Shown one piece after another: positions 18,034-27,934 of a stretch of DNA of 64,000 nt. Both the position numbers and the translations under genes were made by a program. A model generated the notes under the pieces. The model saw only the letters and a list, made by a program, of their open reading frames with translations, was not told the origin of the DNA and ran no database searches. Numbering within the stretch: the stretch's first letter is position 1; the number at the start of each line of letters is the position of its first letter. The stretch is from an uncultured Monoglobus sp. (GTDB lineage: Bacteria; Bacillota; Clostridia; Monoglobales; Monoglobaceae), in NCBI GenBank assembly GCA_947585115.1, contig CANPWW010000002.1:9875-73874 (forward strand), read 5' to 3'.

Positions 18034-20676
18034 TTATTTATCTTTCTTGATGTGTTTTTCAAGTATGCTTCTGACGTTTTTCAGGGCTTCCTCGACCTTT
18101 TCGGGCAGGCGGCCTCCGGCCTGGGCGCTGTCGGGTCTTCCGCCTCCGCCTCCGCCAAGTTCTTTTGCGACCTCTGAAATTACCTTTCCGGCGTGGGCGC
18201 CCTTTTCAATAGCCTCCTTTGAGGTCATCGAGATAAGGTTGACCTTTTCGCCGGCCTTTGACGCAAGCACGATCAGCGAGTTGGGCAGCTTGGCCTTGAG
18301 GTTGTCGCCTATCTCGCGCATGGTGTTCATATCAACGCCGTCGTCCAGCACCTGGGTCACTACCTTGATGCCCTCCACTTCCTCGGCGTCCTCAAGAACG
18401 TTGCCGAGGCTGCTTTTGGCGAGCTTGCTCTTCAGGCTCTCTATCTCGTGTCTCTGGTCGCGCAGCTCGTTCATCACGCCCTCGGCGCGGCCGAGCAGAT
18501 CTGACTGACCTGTCTTTAAGGTCTTTGCCACATCATAGAGCAGCAGCGACTGGTTGCGGCACAGCTCGATAACGTTGTGTCCGGTGGTTCCCTCGATACG
18601 TCTTACGCCAGCGGCCACTCCCGACTCGCTGAGTATTCTCATGATTCCCAGGTTTCCGGTGTTGGCGGCGTGGGTTCCTCCGCATAATTCAATACTGAAA
18701 TCGCCCATGCGCACCACGCGGACGCGTTTGCCGTACTTCTCGCTGAACAGCGCCATCGCGCCCATAGTCCTGGCGGTGGCGATATCCTCCTCGAAGCAGT
18801 CTATCTTTATGCACTCCATTATCTTGTCGTTTACCAATGTTCCGACCTTGAGCTGCTCCTCAATCGTCATTGCCTGAAAATGCGAGAAGTCGAAGCGGAA
18901 CCTGTGCTCGTCCACATACGAGCCCGCCTGGGCCACGTGCTTGCCGAGCACCTGTCTGAGCGCCGCCTGAACAAGATGCACCGCCGAGTGGTTGCGCATG
19001 ATCGCCTTGCGGCGTTCGGCGTCGACGCTGACGCTGACCGTCTCGCCAACCGAGATCTCGCCGTTCTGAACAACGCAGTGATGGTGGAACTTGCCGTTCT
19101 TTTTGGTGACGTCCTTGACGCGCACCGACGCGGCGTCCGTGTTTATATATCCCGTGTCGCCCACCTGTCCGCCGCTCTCGGCGTAGAGCACCGAGCGGTC
19201 AAGCACGATAATGACCTCGTCGTCCTTTTCCGCCTTTTGAACGCGCTCGTCGCCCTTGGCGATGGCGAGCAGCTTGGACTTGCCGTTAAATTTCTGATAG
19301 CCCTCGAATATCGTGGCGTCCTTTATGTCGATGAATATGTCGTTTTCCCATGCTGTGTCGTCGTTGTTTCCGCGGGCGGTCTTTGAGGTTGTCCGCTGCT
19401 TGTTGAGCAGTTCCTTGAACATGGTCTCGGCCACCACAAATCCGTTCTCACCCATGATCTCGCGGGTCAGGTCGATCGGGAATCCGTAGGTGTCGTAAAG
19501 CTTGAACGCTCTCTCGCCGTCAAGCTCGCTTATGCCGCTCTCCTTCATTTCTTCTATATAGGACTTGATTATCTGCATGCCCTGATCGATAGTGTTGTTG
19601 AAACGCTCCTCCTCGCTCTTTATAACGCTTTCGATATACTCGAAGTTGGTGTCAAGCTCGGGATACGCGCTCATCGACTCGTTGGCGACGACTCTCGCCA
19701 GCTTATACAGGAACGTGCCCTCTATGCCCAGCAGTCTGCCGTGGCGCGCGGCTCTGCGCAAAAGTCTGCGCAGCACGTAGCCTCTGCCCTCGTTGGAGGG
19801 AAGCACGCCGTCGGCCGTCATGAACACGGTGCTGCGAATATGGTCGGTTATCACGCGGAGCGAGGTGTCGGTGTGCTTGTCCTCGCCGTATTTGACGCCC
19901 GCCATCTCGGCAGCCGCGTCAAGCACGCGCCTTATGGTGTCGACCTCGAAGATCGAGGTGGTGCCCTGCATGATGCAGGCTATTCTTTCAAGACCCATAC
20001 CGGTGTCGATATTGGGATGGTCAAGCTTGTTGTACGTGCCGTTCTCATCCTTGTCGAACTGGGTGAACACCAGGTTCCAGAACTCAACATATCTGTCGCA
20101 GTCGCAGCCCACCGCGCAGTCGGGGCTTCCGCAGCCATATTCCTCGCCGCGGTCGTAGTATATCTCGGAGCAGGGTCCGCAGGGGCCGGTGCCTATCTCC
20201 CAGAAATTGTCATCCTTGCCCAGATGCACGATCCTGTCCTTTGAAACGCCGACGTGGTTCACCCAGATGTCCTCGGCCTCGTAGTCGTCCTCATAGACGC
20301 TGACCCAGAGGCGGTCCTTGGGTATCTCCAGAACCTCGGTGATAAACTCCCACGCCCACTTGGTGGCGTCCATCTTGAAGTAATCGCCGAACGAGAAGTT
20401 TCCCAGCATTTCAAAGAATGTGCCGTGGCGCGACGTGAGGCCCACCTGTTCGATATCCGGCGTCCTGATGCACTTCTGGCAGGTTGTGACGCGCTTCGCG
20501 GGCGGCACTTCCTTGCCCGTGAAGTAGGGCTTCAGAGGCGCCATGCCGGCGTTTATCAGCAGCAGGCTGGCGTCGTTCTGCGGAACCAGCGGAAACGAGG
20601 GCAGGCGCAGATGGCCCTTGCTCTCAAAAAAGCTCAAAAACTTTTCGCGTATTTCGTTTAAACCTAATTTTTCCAT
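18034..20676 (-). CDS. alaS: Alanine--tRNA ligase
   Basis: NAGMAP, HGTFFEMLGNFSFGDYFK, NHSAVH, ELCGGTH, GGGGGRP; start MEKLGL after GAGG SD. Confidence 0.98.
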   Translation of the reverse strand: MEKLGLNEIREKFLSFFESKGHLRLPSFPLVPQNDASLLLINAGMAPLKPYFTGKEVPPAKRVTTCQKCIRTPDIEQVGLTSRHGTFFEMLGNFSFGDYFKMDATKWAWEFITEVLEIPKDRLWVSVYEDDYEAEDIWVNHVGVSKDRIVHLGKDDNFWEIGTGPCGPCSEIYYDRGEEYGCGSPDCAVGCDCDRYVEFWNLVFTQFDKDENGTYNKLDHPNIDTGMGLERIACIMQGTTSIFEVDTIRRVLDAAAEMAGVKYGEDKHTDTSLRVITDHIRSTVFMTADGVLPSNEGRGYVLRRLLRRAARHGRLLGIEGTFLYKLARVVANESMSAYPELDTNFEYIESVIKSEEERFNNTIDQGMQIIKSYIEEMKESGISELDGERAFKLYDTYGFPIDLTREIMGENGFVVAETMFKELLNKQRTTSKTARGNNDDTAWENDIFIDIKDATIFEGYQKFNGKSKLLAIAKGDERVQKAEKDDEVIIVLDRSVLYAESGGQVGDTGYINTDAASVRVKDVTKKNGKFHHHCVVQNGEISVGETVSVSVDAERRKAIMRNHSAVHLVQAALRQVLGKHVAQAGSYVDEHRFRFDFSHFQAMTIEEQLKVGTLVNDKIMECIKIDCFEEDIATARTMGAMALFSEKYGKRVRVVRMGDFSIELCGGTHAANTGNLGIMRILSESGVAAGVRRIEGTTGHNVIELCRNQSLLLYDVAKTLKTGQSDLLGRAEGVMNELRDQRHEIESLKSKLAKSSLGNVLEDAEEVEGIKVVTQVLDDGVDMNTMREIGDNLKAKLPNSLIVLASKAGEKVNLISMTSKEAIEKGAHAGKVISEVAKELGGGGGGRPDSAQAGGRLPEKVEEALKNVRSILEKHIKKDK

Positions 20677-20732
20677 CTTATCTACCTCTTGCTTCAAATT
20701 ATAAATTTCACTAAATAAATATTATACCAATT

Positions 20733-21260
20733 TTATTTGTCCTCGTCAATAGTTTTGCAGATATACTTGTAAATTTCGGCGGCATGCTCTTTGAGCGCCT
20801 CAGCCGTTCTGACCGCCTGAATTTTGTGACCCGCGTCTATTTTGATCTCGAGTATCGGCGAGCCGCCGTCAAGCATGGTGATCGCCGCCGTGTGCCGCCC
20901 TCCGCCCGCGGGAATGACCTCCGCGGTGACGCCGTTGGGATTCACAAGATTCTCAAATTCCTCGCGCTTCGCGGCCGAGGTTATCTTTTTTCGTATGCTG
21001 GCCGGGACCCTGCCGCTGAAAAAATCGTCTGTGTTTATACCGCGGCCCGTCAGCTTCACGCACTCGCTGTTCTTGTAAAACAGCTGCTCTATAAAGCCGT
21101 CCTCGATCAGCTCGCCGAGCATGATCGTCAGGTCAAAATAGCTCATCACGTTCTCGTCCCAGGTCAGCAGCTCGGTCAGCCTCGTCAGCGACAGAGGGTG
21201 CGGATACTGCCTCAGCGTGTAGAGGATCGCGAATTTCATTTCATCTTTTTCCAAAAACAT
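20733..21260 (-). CDS. DUF4364-like winged-helix protein
   Basis: KFAILYTL...MSYFDL...FFSGRVPASIR pattern. Confidence 0.7.
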   Translation of the reverse strand: MFLEKDEMKFAILYTLRQYPHPLSLTRLTELLTWDENVMSYFDLTIMLGELIEDGFIEQLFYKNSECVKLTGRGINTDDFFSGRVPASIRKKITSAAKREEFENLVNPNGVTAEVIPAGGGRHTAAITMLDGGSPILEIKIDAGHKIQAVRTAEALKEHAAEIYKYICKTIDEDK

Positions 21261-21281
21261 ATTAATCACCAAACAATCAAA

Positions 21282-22148
21282 TTATTTATCGTACTCGGTA
21301 TAGGGCTTCTTGTGCTTAAAATATATTCCCACAAGTCCCAAACCGGCGTGCGCCGTGATCACAGGGCCTATCTTGTAGTGGGTGATCTTGGCCGGGTTCA
21401 CGCGCTCGCGGAGCAGATTTTTCACTATCTCCACCTTTTCGGGCGCGTCGGTGTCCATCACAATGACCTCGTTCTCACCGGGGCTGTCCATTCGTTCCTC
21501 GGCGTAACCCACGAGGACCGACATCGCCTTTTTGAGGCCGCGCACCTTTTTGCACGCCTCAACCAGACCGTCGGTTATCATAAGTATCGGCTTGATGTCA
21601 AGCAGGGCGCTGATCGCCATGGTGGTCGCTTTGATCCTGCCGCCCTTCTTAAGGAAGGTCAGATCGTCGACCACGAAGTAGGCCGTGTCGCGCTTGTAGG
21701 TGTTCTCCAAAAATTCAACGGCCTCGTCCTTTGAGGCTCCGTCTTTTATCATCTCGGCGGCCGCCAGCACCGGCATGCCTATCGCCATGGTGTACATCTC
21801 CGAATTTACTATCGAGATGTCAAAGCCCTCGTCTTTGAGGCTGTCGGCTATCATGTGGGCGGTGTTGTTTATGCCGCTGCCGTTGGCGGAGATCGAAACA
21901 TATATTATTTGGTTATCCTTGCCGATCTCGCGGAAGATCGCCTCCATGTCCTCGGGAGACATCTGACTGGTGGTTGGCACGTTTTCACTGCTCCTTACCA
22001 TTTCATAAAAATCTTCGGCCTCAAAATCGCCGCCCGCGGTTATGCTTTTGCCGTCTAAGTTTACCGTGAACGGCAGTACGCGGATATCGTATTTTTCCAG
22101 AAGCTCGACCGGTATGTCCGCTCCTCTGTCGATCATTAATTTTATCAT
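21282..22148 (-). CDS. DegV family fatty-acid-binding protein
   Basis: PTTSQ, LTFLKKGGRI, IKPIL, VITAHAG. Confidence 0.93.
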   Translation of the reverse strand: MIKLMIDRGADIPVELLEKYDIRVLPFTVNLDGKSITAGGDFEAEDFYEMVRSSENVPTTSQMSPEDMEAIFREIGKDNQIIYVSISANGSGINNTAHMIADSLKDEGFDISIVNSEMYTMAIGMPVLAAAEMIKDGASKDEAVEFLENTYKRDTAYFVVDDLTFLKKGGRIKATTMAISALLDIKPILMITDGLVEACKKVRGLKKAMSVLVGYAEERMDSPGENEVIVMDTDAPEKVEIVKNLLRERVNPAKITHYKIGPVITAHAGLGLVGIYFKHKKPYTEYDK

Positions 22149-22162
22149 TGTTTTTCTCCTTT

Positions 22163-22786
22163 TTATTTTTTATTTTTGGCTCGCCCCAAGGGGGCGAGGC
22201 AGGCGGGCGGCCGTGGTCGTCCGCCCCTACGGATTTTTGTGAAGCATTGTCGTAGAGGACGCGACCTCGGCATCCCGCGGCCGGAGCCGCTGAGCTTTCC
22301 CGCGGTCCGCAGGTCCGCGAAATCATGTTGACGCAGAACCTCGTAGGCTATTATCGCGGCCGCGTTTGACAGATTAAGCGAGCGCATATCATTCCGCATC
22401 GGTATCCTGATACACCTTTTGTAATGCTTTTTCAAAAGCGGTTCCGGCAGGCCCTTGGTCTCCTTGCCGAAAACCAGAAAAATCTCTCTGCCCTTGTCGG
22501 TCTCCGCCTTGTAGTCGACGTCCGAATAAGTCAATCTGCCTTTTGTTGTGCAGTAGTAAAAGCTGCCTTTCGGATATTTTTCAAGCACCTCGTCGAACGA
22601 GCCGTGCTCGCAGAGCTCAAGCTCGGACCAATAGTCCAGTCCGGCGCGGCGCACGCGCTTCTCGCTTATATCAAACCCCAGCGGATGCACCAGATGGAGC
22701 GCCGCTCCGATAACGCTGCAGGTTCTTGAAATATTGCCGGTGTTTGACGGGATCTCCGGCTCCACCAGCACTATATGAAGTTTCAA
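22163..22786 (-). CDS. trmL: tRNA (cytidine34-2'-O)-methyltransferase, C-terminus extended through REP sequences
   Basis: VLVEPEIPSNTGNI, RRAGLDYW, FGKETKGL, RSLNLSN. Confidence 0.92.
   Translation of the reverse strand: MKLHIVLVEPEIPSNTGNISRTCSVIGAALHLVHPLGFDISEKRVRRAGLDYWSELELCEHGSFDEVLEKYPKGSFYYCTTKGRLTYSDVDYKAETDKGREIFLVFGKETKGLPEPLLKKHYKRCIRIPMRNDMRSLNLSNAAAIIAYEVLRQHDFADLRTAGKLSGSGRGMPRSRPLRQCFTKIRRGGRPRPPACLAPLGRAKNKK
22178..22280. repeat. REP doublet (GTAG-type, cctacg...cgtag) plus ctcgcccc/ggggcgag hairpin
   Basis: Same CCTAC-spacer-GTAG arrangement as 37335-37400. Confidence 0.65.
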
Positions 22787-22810
22787 ATCTCACATCTCCG
22801 TTTTATAGAA

Positions 22811-24343
22811 TTATGCCCAGAATTTGCGGTCGAGCGAGCGGTACTGTATCGCCTCGGCTATATGCTCCGCCTCGATCCTCTCGCTGCCGCCGAGATCCGC
22901 GATGGTGCGCGCCACCTTGAGCACCCTGTTGTAGGCTCGGCCGCTCATGCCCATGCTTTCAAACGCGGCTCTGAGCATCGAGTTCGCCTCGCGGCTCAGC
23001 ACGCAGTATTTCTCGCACATCGCCGGCGTCAGGCCGCTGTTTGAATATATCCCGCTGCCCCTAAAACGCTCGGTCTGTATCTGCCTCGCGCGGTTCACTC
23101 TCTCCTTGATGGAAGCCGAGGATTCGGGCTTTACTCTGCTGTCCAGATCGTCGTACTCGACGGCGGGGACCTCGATATGCAGATCGATCCTGTCGAGCAG
23201 CGGGCCGCTTATCTTGCTCAGATAATGCTGTATCTTTTTCGGGGTGCAGGTGCAGTCGTGCTTCTTGTCGCCGTGATAGCCGCAGGGACACGGGTTCATG
23301 GACGCCACCAGCATGATGTTGCAGGGATACGAGAATGAGCCCTGAACTCTGGTTATCGTCACTACGCCGTCCTCAAGGGGCTGGCGCATTACCTCAAGCG
23401 CGTCCTTGCGGAACTCGGGCAGCTCGTCCAGAAACAGCACTCCATTGTGGGACAGGCTGATCTCGCCGGGCTTGGGGTTGCTGCCGCCTCCCGACAGCGC
23501 TACTGCCGAAACCGTGTGGTGCGGACTGCGGAACGGGCGCGTCAGTATCATGGGCGCGCCTTTGGGCATCATGCCCGCTATGCTGTGTATCTTGGTCGAC
23601 TCCAGCGCCTCGTCAAACGTAAGGTCGGGCAGGATCGTGGGAAGTCTCTGGGCGAGCATGGTTTTGCCCGAGCCCGGTGGCCCGATAAGCAGAATATTGT
23701 GTCCGCCCGCCGCGGCCACCTCCATGGCGCGCTTCACGTTCTCCTGGCCCTTGACCTCGGAAAAATCGTAGGAATACGCCGCCGCCCTGCCGAAAATGTC
23801 TTTTATGTCTATTGTCGTGGGCCTGATCCGCGCGCGGCCCGTCAGGTGGTCGCTGAGCTGTTTGAGCGTTTTCACGCCGTACACGGTGACTCCCTCAACG
23901 ACCGCCGCCTCCTCGGCGTTGGCCTCGGGCACGTACACCTCGGTCATGCCGGACTGGTAAGCCTTTATAACCATGGGCAGCACGCCGTCCACGCCGCGCA
24001 CCGCTCCGTCAAGCGAGAGCTCGCCCAAGAACATCGCTTTGGAAAGATTTCCGCAAAAAACCTGCTCCGACGCGGTCAGCAGTCCCACCGTTATCGGAAG
24101 ATCGAGGCAGGCTCCCTCTTTTTTGACGTCGGCGGGCGCCAGATTTATCACTATCCGCTTGCCCGGCACCACGTAGCCCGCGGTGTTCATAGCGCTTCTG
24201 ATGCGCTCCTTGGACTCGCGCACGGGCGCGTCGGGAAGACCGACGATCTCCCACGCGGGAAATCCGCCGCTCACGCTTGTCTCAACGCTGATTATGTAGC
24301 CGTCCATGCCCCTCAGGCCGCAGCTGTTGATTTTTGTAATCAT
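22811..24343 (-). CDS. comM: YifB/ComM Mg-chelatase-like AAA+ ATPase
   Basis: INLAPAD, GPPGSGKT, RPFRSPHH, FLDELPEF, LLDRIDL. Confidence 0.93.
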   Translation of the reverse strand: MITKINSCGLRGMDGYIISVETSVSGGFPAWEIVGLPDAPVRESKERIRSAMNTAGYVVPGKRIVINLAPADVKKEGACLDLPITVGLLTASEQVFCGNLSKAMFLGELSLDGAVRGVDGVLPMVIKAYQSGMTEVYVPEANAEEAAVVEGVTVYGVKTLKQLSDHLTGRARIRPTTIDIKDIFGRAAAYSYDFSEVKGQENVKRAMEVAAAGGHNILLIGPPGSGKTMLAQRLPTILPDLTFDEALESTKIHSIAGMMPKGAPMILTRPFRSPHHTVSAVALSGGGSNPKPGEISLSHNGVLFLDELPEFRKDALEVMRQPLEDGVVTITRVQGSFSYPCNIMLVASMNPCPCGYHGDKKHDCTCTPKKIQHYLSKISGPLLDRIDLHIEVPAVEYDDLDSRVKPESSASIKERVNRARQIQTERFRGSGIYSNSGLTPAMCEKYCVLSREANSMLRAAFESMGMSGRAYNRVLKVARTIADLGGSERIEAEHIAEAIQYRSLDRKFWA

Positions 24344-24357
24344 GTTTTCACCGTCCT

Positions 24358-25257
24358 CTATATCTCAACGTATCTCTTGTCGTATTCGGTTTTGTTGAAG
24401 TAGCTCGCCAGCACGGGCTCAAACAACACGCCCTCGCGTATCTTTATCTCCGGATGACGGATCGTGGCCTGTATCGCCTTATACACGAATCCGGCGGCTA
24501 TGTTCGCCGCCTCGATTATGCTCTCGCCCTTGAGCAGAGCGCCGGTCAGCACCGAGGTGTACACGTCGCCCGTGCCGTGGAACAGGCGGTTCACATATCC
24601 GCAGTCCACCTTGTAGCACTTGCCCGTGTCGCCGTCGTACACCGCCACGCACATCGAGTTTTCGGAATCCATCACGCTGGTTATCGCGACGTGCTTGGCG
24701 CCCAGCTCCGACAGCTTTCTCAAGTAATGCTTTATCATGGCGTTGCCTACAGGTCTGCCGGGATATTTCTCGTCTATCAGCAGGCAAGCCTCGGTGACGT
24801 TGGGCGTTATCACGTCCACCGCGCCGCACAGCTCCTTCATGCCGCCCAGCAGCGCCGCCACGCTCTCGGAATAGAATCCATTGTTCACAAGCTCGCTGTC
24901 GCCCATTACCGGGTCGACCACGGTCAGCGCGCCGTAGGCCTTAGCCTGTTTCATAAAGTCCATAAGTATGCCGAGCTGCTCGGGGCTGCCCATATATCCG
25001 CTGTATACCGCGTCGAACCTGAGGCCGAGCTTGTTCCAGTGGTCTATTATGCCGCGCATCTGCCCTGTCAGGTCGCAAAAGGTGTAGTCCTTGAACTCAT
25101 AGGTGTGGGTCGACAGCACCGCCGTCGGCAGCGGACAGACCTCGATCCCCATCGCGGATATGATCGGGATGACCTCGGTCAGTGAAACCTTGCCGAAGCC
25201 CGACAGATCATGCACCGCGCAGACCCGCGGTATCGCGTTGTGTATCTTGTTTTCCAT
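24358..25257 (-). CDS. pdxK: Pyridoxal/pyridoxamine kinase
   Basis: HDLSGFGKVS, YSGYMGS, VDPVMGD, FHGTGDVY. Confidence 0.9.
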   Translation of the reverse strand: MENKIHNAIPRVCAVHDLSGFGKVSLTEVIPIISAMGIEVCPLPTAVLSTHTYEFKDYTFCDLTGQMRGIIDHWNKLGLRFDAVYSGYMGSPEQLGILMDFMKQAKAYGALTVVDPVMGDSELVNNGFYSESVAALLGGMKELCGAVDVITPNVTEACLLIDEKYPGRPVGNAMIKHYLRKLSELGAKHVAITSVMDSENSMCVAVYDGDTGKCYKVDCGYVNRLFHGTGDVYTSVLTGALLKGESIIEAANIAAGFVYKAIQATIRHPEIKIREGVLFEPVLASYFNKTEYDKRYVEI

Positions 25258-25275
25258 TATATTATATCTCCAATC

Positions 25276-25977
25276 TTATTTGTTCTCAAGCGACCGCAGC
25301 TCACTCTCGGTAAGCTCGCGCGCCTCGCCGGGCCTCAGGCTCTCGTCAAGGCTGAGGCCGCCCATCCTGACCCGCCTCAGGCTCAAAACGTTTTTGCCCA
25401 CAGCCGCGAACATCCGCTTCACCTGATGGAACTTTCCCTCGTATATAACGATTCGCGCGGACAGGCCGCCGATCATTTCAAGCTCCGCGGGCTTGCAGAC
25501 ATACCCGTCGTCAATGGTCACGCCGCGCTCAAACGCCGCTATGTCCGATTCCGTCACCGCGCGGTCAAGCTCGGCGATATACGTTTTCGGAACGTGGCTT
25601 TTGGGGCTGAGTATCCTGTGTGCCAGAGCGCCGTCGTTGGTGATAAGGCACAGGCCCTCGGTGTCGATATCAAGCCGCCCGGCCGGGAACAGGCTCAAAT
25701 GCCTCAGTTCCTCGGGCACAAAGTCGATGACCGTCGGATACTTTTTGTCCCAAGCGGCGGACACGCAGCCTTTTGGCTTGTTGAGCATTATATACACAAA
25801 CTCGCGGTAGACCGTGAGCGCTCCGTCGGCGTATATCTTGTCGCGCTTCGGGTCGACGCTTATCTCGGGCGAGATCTTGTCTCTGCCCTCGACGCGGACC
25901 CTGCCGCCCTTTATCATTTTCTTGACGTCCTTGCGGGAGCCGAGCCCCAGAGAGGACAAATATTTATCAAGTCTCAT
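25276..25977 (-). CDS. rsuA: RsuA-family pseudouridine synthase
   Basis: S4 domain; AGRLDIDTEGL; EGKFHQVKRM. Confidence 0.92.
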   Translation of the reverse strand: MRLDKYLSSLGLGSRKDVKKMIKGGRVRVEGRDKISPEISVDPKRDKIYADGALTVYREFVYIMLNKPKGCVSAAWDKKYPTVIDFVPEELRHLSLFPAGRLDIDTEGLCLITNDGALAHRILSPKSHVPKTYIAELDRAVTESDIAAFERGVTIDDGYVCKPAELEMIGGLSARIVIYEGKFHQVKRMFAAVGKNVLSLRRVRMGGLSLDESLRPGEARELTESELRSLENK

Positions 25978-26087
25978 TTTATATCCTTTTTATATACTTC
26001 CGCCTCTATCATATTTTTGCCGAAAATTCAATATACTAATTTATATACGGCGCCGAGCTATACGCCGTCTGCAAAGGAGTGCGGCTC

Positions 26088-26534
26088 ATGAAAAAATTTC
26101 TCAAAAAGTATAAGTACAAGCTGATATTCATCGCTGCCGCCGCGGCTTTGATCGCGGTGATCTTCGCGCTGTTTTCGGTGGACGGCGCCGAGAACCGCCG
26201 CAACATCGAGTTTATCGAGTCGTTCGGCTGGCAAGTCGACGGCGCGCCGGCGGACATATCGCACATGACCGTGCCCGAGGATATGGGCGGCGTGTATCTG
26301 ATACACTCGGAGATCTCGGCGGTCGGCGGCAGCTCGCTCACCGATTACCGAGGCAAAACCGTCACCCGCTACTCTTATAAGGTCACCAACCACAGCGGCT
26401 CGGACAAAGGCAGGATACGCGCCGACGTCTTTGTGTACAGGTCGGACATAATCGCGGCCGACATCTCGGACATCTCGCCCGGCGGAAGCACCGCGCCGAT
26501 CTCGGACATTTCGCTTATGATTGCGGCCCGGTAA
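26088..26534 (+). CDS. DUF4830-like membrane-anchored protein
   Basis: N-terminal TM; FIESFGWQV, LTDYRGKTV...Y; AAGGAG SD. Confidence 0.7.
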   Translation: MKKFLKKYKYKLIFIAAAAALIAVIFALFSVDGAENRRNIEFIESFGWQVDGAPADISHMTVPEDMGGVYLIHSEISAVGGSSLTDYRGKTVTRYSYKVTNHSGSDKGRIRADVFVYRSDIIAADISDISPGGSTAPISDISLMIAAR

Positions 26535-26722
26535 TGCATTATTAAAAATATTATATCATAACGCCGCGTCTCATGCAACAAAAAACCAAATATTTAAAAA
26601 TTTTCAAAAATTTTATAATTTACTATTGCTATTTGCGCAAAAATATTATATAATATGAACATAACAAAAGCTTGCAAAAAAAGTTTATTAGTTAAATTAT
26701 ACAACAGACCGGAGGTATTATC

Positions 26723-27262
26723 ATGACTTACAACATTATTACAAAGAAATTCAGTTTGTCGGATACCAGCAAAGACAAGATCCTCTCGAAAGTTAAGAGG
26801 CTGGACAAGTTTTTTGACGATAACTCCAACGAGTGCAAGATCATAGTTTCGGAGTTTAAGGACGACATAATCGTTGAGATCACCTTCCGCTACAAGGGAT
26901 TCATTATCCGCGCCGAGGACAAGGACCGCGACCTGCTGACAGCGGTTGACGACTGTCTCAGCGCCATCGACAGACAGATCAGAAAGAACAAGACCAAGCT
27001 CTCAAAGCGTCTCCGCGGCGGCGGATTCGACGAGTATGTGGCAATAACGCCCGAGCCCGAACCGGTCGAGGAAGAGACCGAGTTTAAGATAATCAAGACC
27101 AAGAGGATCTCCGCCAAGCCGATGATGCCCGAGGAGGCCATCCTCCAGATGAACATGCTGGGTCACTCGTTCTTTATATTCAATAATCCCGACACAATGA
27201 CGCCCAACATCGTCTACAAGAGAAAGGACGGAAACTACGCCTTGATCGAGCTTGACGAATAA
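26723..27262 (+). CDS. hpf: Long ribosome hibernation promoting factor (RaiA/HPF)
   Basis: RLDKFF, IDRQIRKNKTKL, KPMMPEEAILQMNMLGHSFF, YKRKDGNY. Confidence 0.95.
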   Translation: MTYNIITKKFSLSDTSKDKILSKVKRLDKFFDDNSNECKIIVSEFKDDIIVEITFRYKGFIIRAEDKDRDLLTAVDDCLSAIDRQIRKNKTKLSKRLRGGGFDEYVAITPEPEPVEEETEFKIIKTKRISAKPMMPEEAILQMNMLGHSFFIFNNPDTMTPNIVYKRKDGNYALIELDE

Positions 27263-27273
27263 TCGGAATACAC

Positions 27274-27303
27274 AGCCGGCCTCCTGAGGGGGCCGGCTTT
27301 TTG
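27274..27303 (+). terminator. hpf terminator
   Basis: agccggcc/ggccggct hairpin plus T-run. Confidence 0.8.
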
Positions 27304-27336
27304 TTAAATTGTACTGCAACCAAGCCGCTTTAACTG

Positions 27337-27496
27337 AAAAAGCGCGCCGCCGAAGCGCCGCGCCAAAAAACGCTTCGCTCCGGTAGTTGCCGTACTAACC
27401 GTATTATTTTTGCATAAGACCAGCATTATAAAGAGAGCAAGCATTTTTTGCAACAAAAAATGCGAGTCTTATACAAAGTTATTTAATTAGTACGGC
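27337..27496 (-). ncRNA. Candidate ~160-nt structured sRNA
   Basis: TTGACA-N17-TAAAGT promoter (27531-27503), nested stems, UUCG-capped terminator plus T5; no ORF. Confidence 0.45.
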
Positions 27497-27607
27497 GATA
27501 TAACTTTATCATATCTTGTTATAATTGTCAAGATTATAAATCATTTAATTTTTAAAGCTAAATATTCATTAAATCGGACAACAAACGATAATTTTATTTG
27601 CAAGCTA

Positions 27608-27636
27608 TTGACATTGCGCATAATATGTATTATAAT
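27608..27636 (+). promoter_or_regulatory. Consensus promoter of dinJ-yafQ
   Basis: TTGACA-N17-TATAAT. Confidence 0.85.
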
Positions 27637-27667
27637 ATAAATACTAATTTTAAAGGAGTTGATTTTT

Positions 27668-27934
27668 ATGGCATCGACAAATGTCACTATCAGAATGGAC
27701 AAGGACTTAAAAAATCAGGCGGATGAACTGTTCTCGGTGCTCGGACTGAGTTTTTCCACAGCTGTCGGCGTTTTCTGCCGCCAGGCGGTAATGCGCGGCA
27801 AGATCCCCTTTGAGCTTGCGGCCGAAAAGCCCAACCCCGAAACCCTCGCCGCAATCGACGATGTGAACAACCACAGAAATCTCAGTAAGGCCTATGACGA
27901 TATCGACGAGTTAATGAGGGATTTAAATGCTTAA
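27668..27934 (+). CDS. dinJ: RelB/DinJ family antitoxin
   Basis: TIRMDKDLK...LGLSFSTA...IPFEL...PNPETLAAI. Confidence 0.92.
   Translation: MASTNVTIRMDKDLKNQADELFSVLGLSFSTAVGVFCRQAVMRGKIPFELAAEKPNPETLAAIDDVNNHRNLSKAYDDIDELMRDLNA

Noticed and set aside
20677-20733. T-box upstream of alaS
   Set aside because: The gap is only ~55 bp; no T-box sequence or terminator
26535-26722. raiA-motif RNA upstream of hpf/raiA
   Set aside because: The region is AT-rich promoter-like DNA without the GC-rich conserved core of that motif
27337-27496. 6S RNA identity for the candidate sRNA
   Set aside because: The closing stem is only 10 bp and the rod ~108 nt; the geometry does not match 6S
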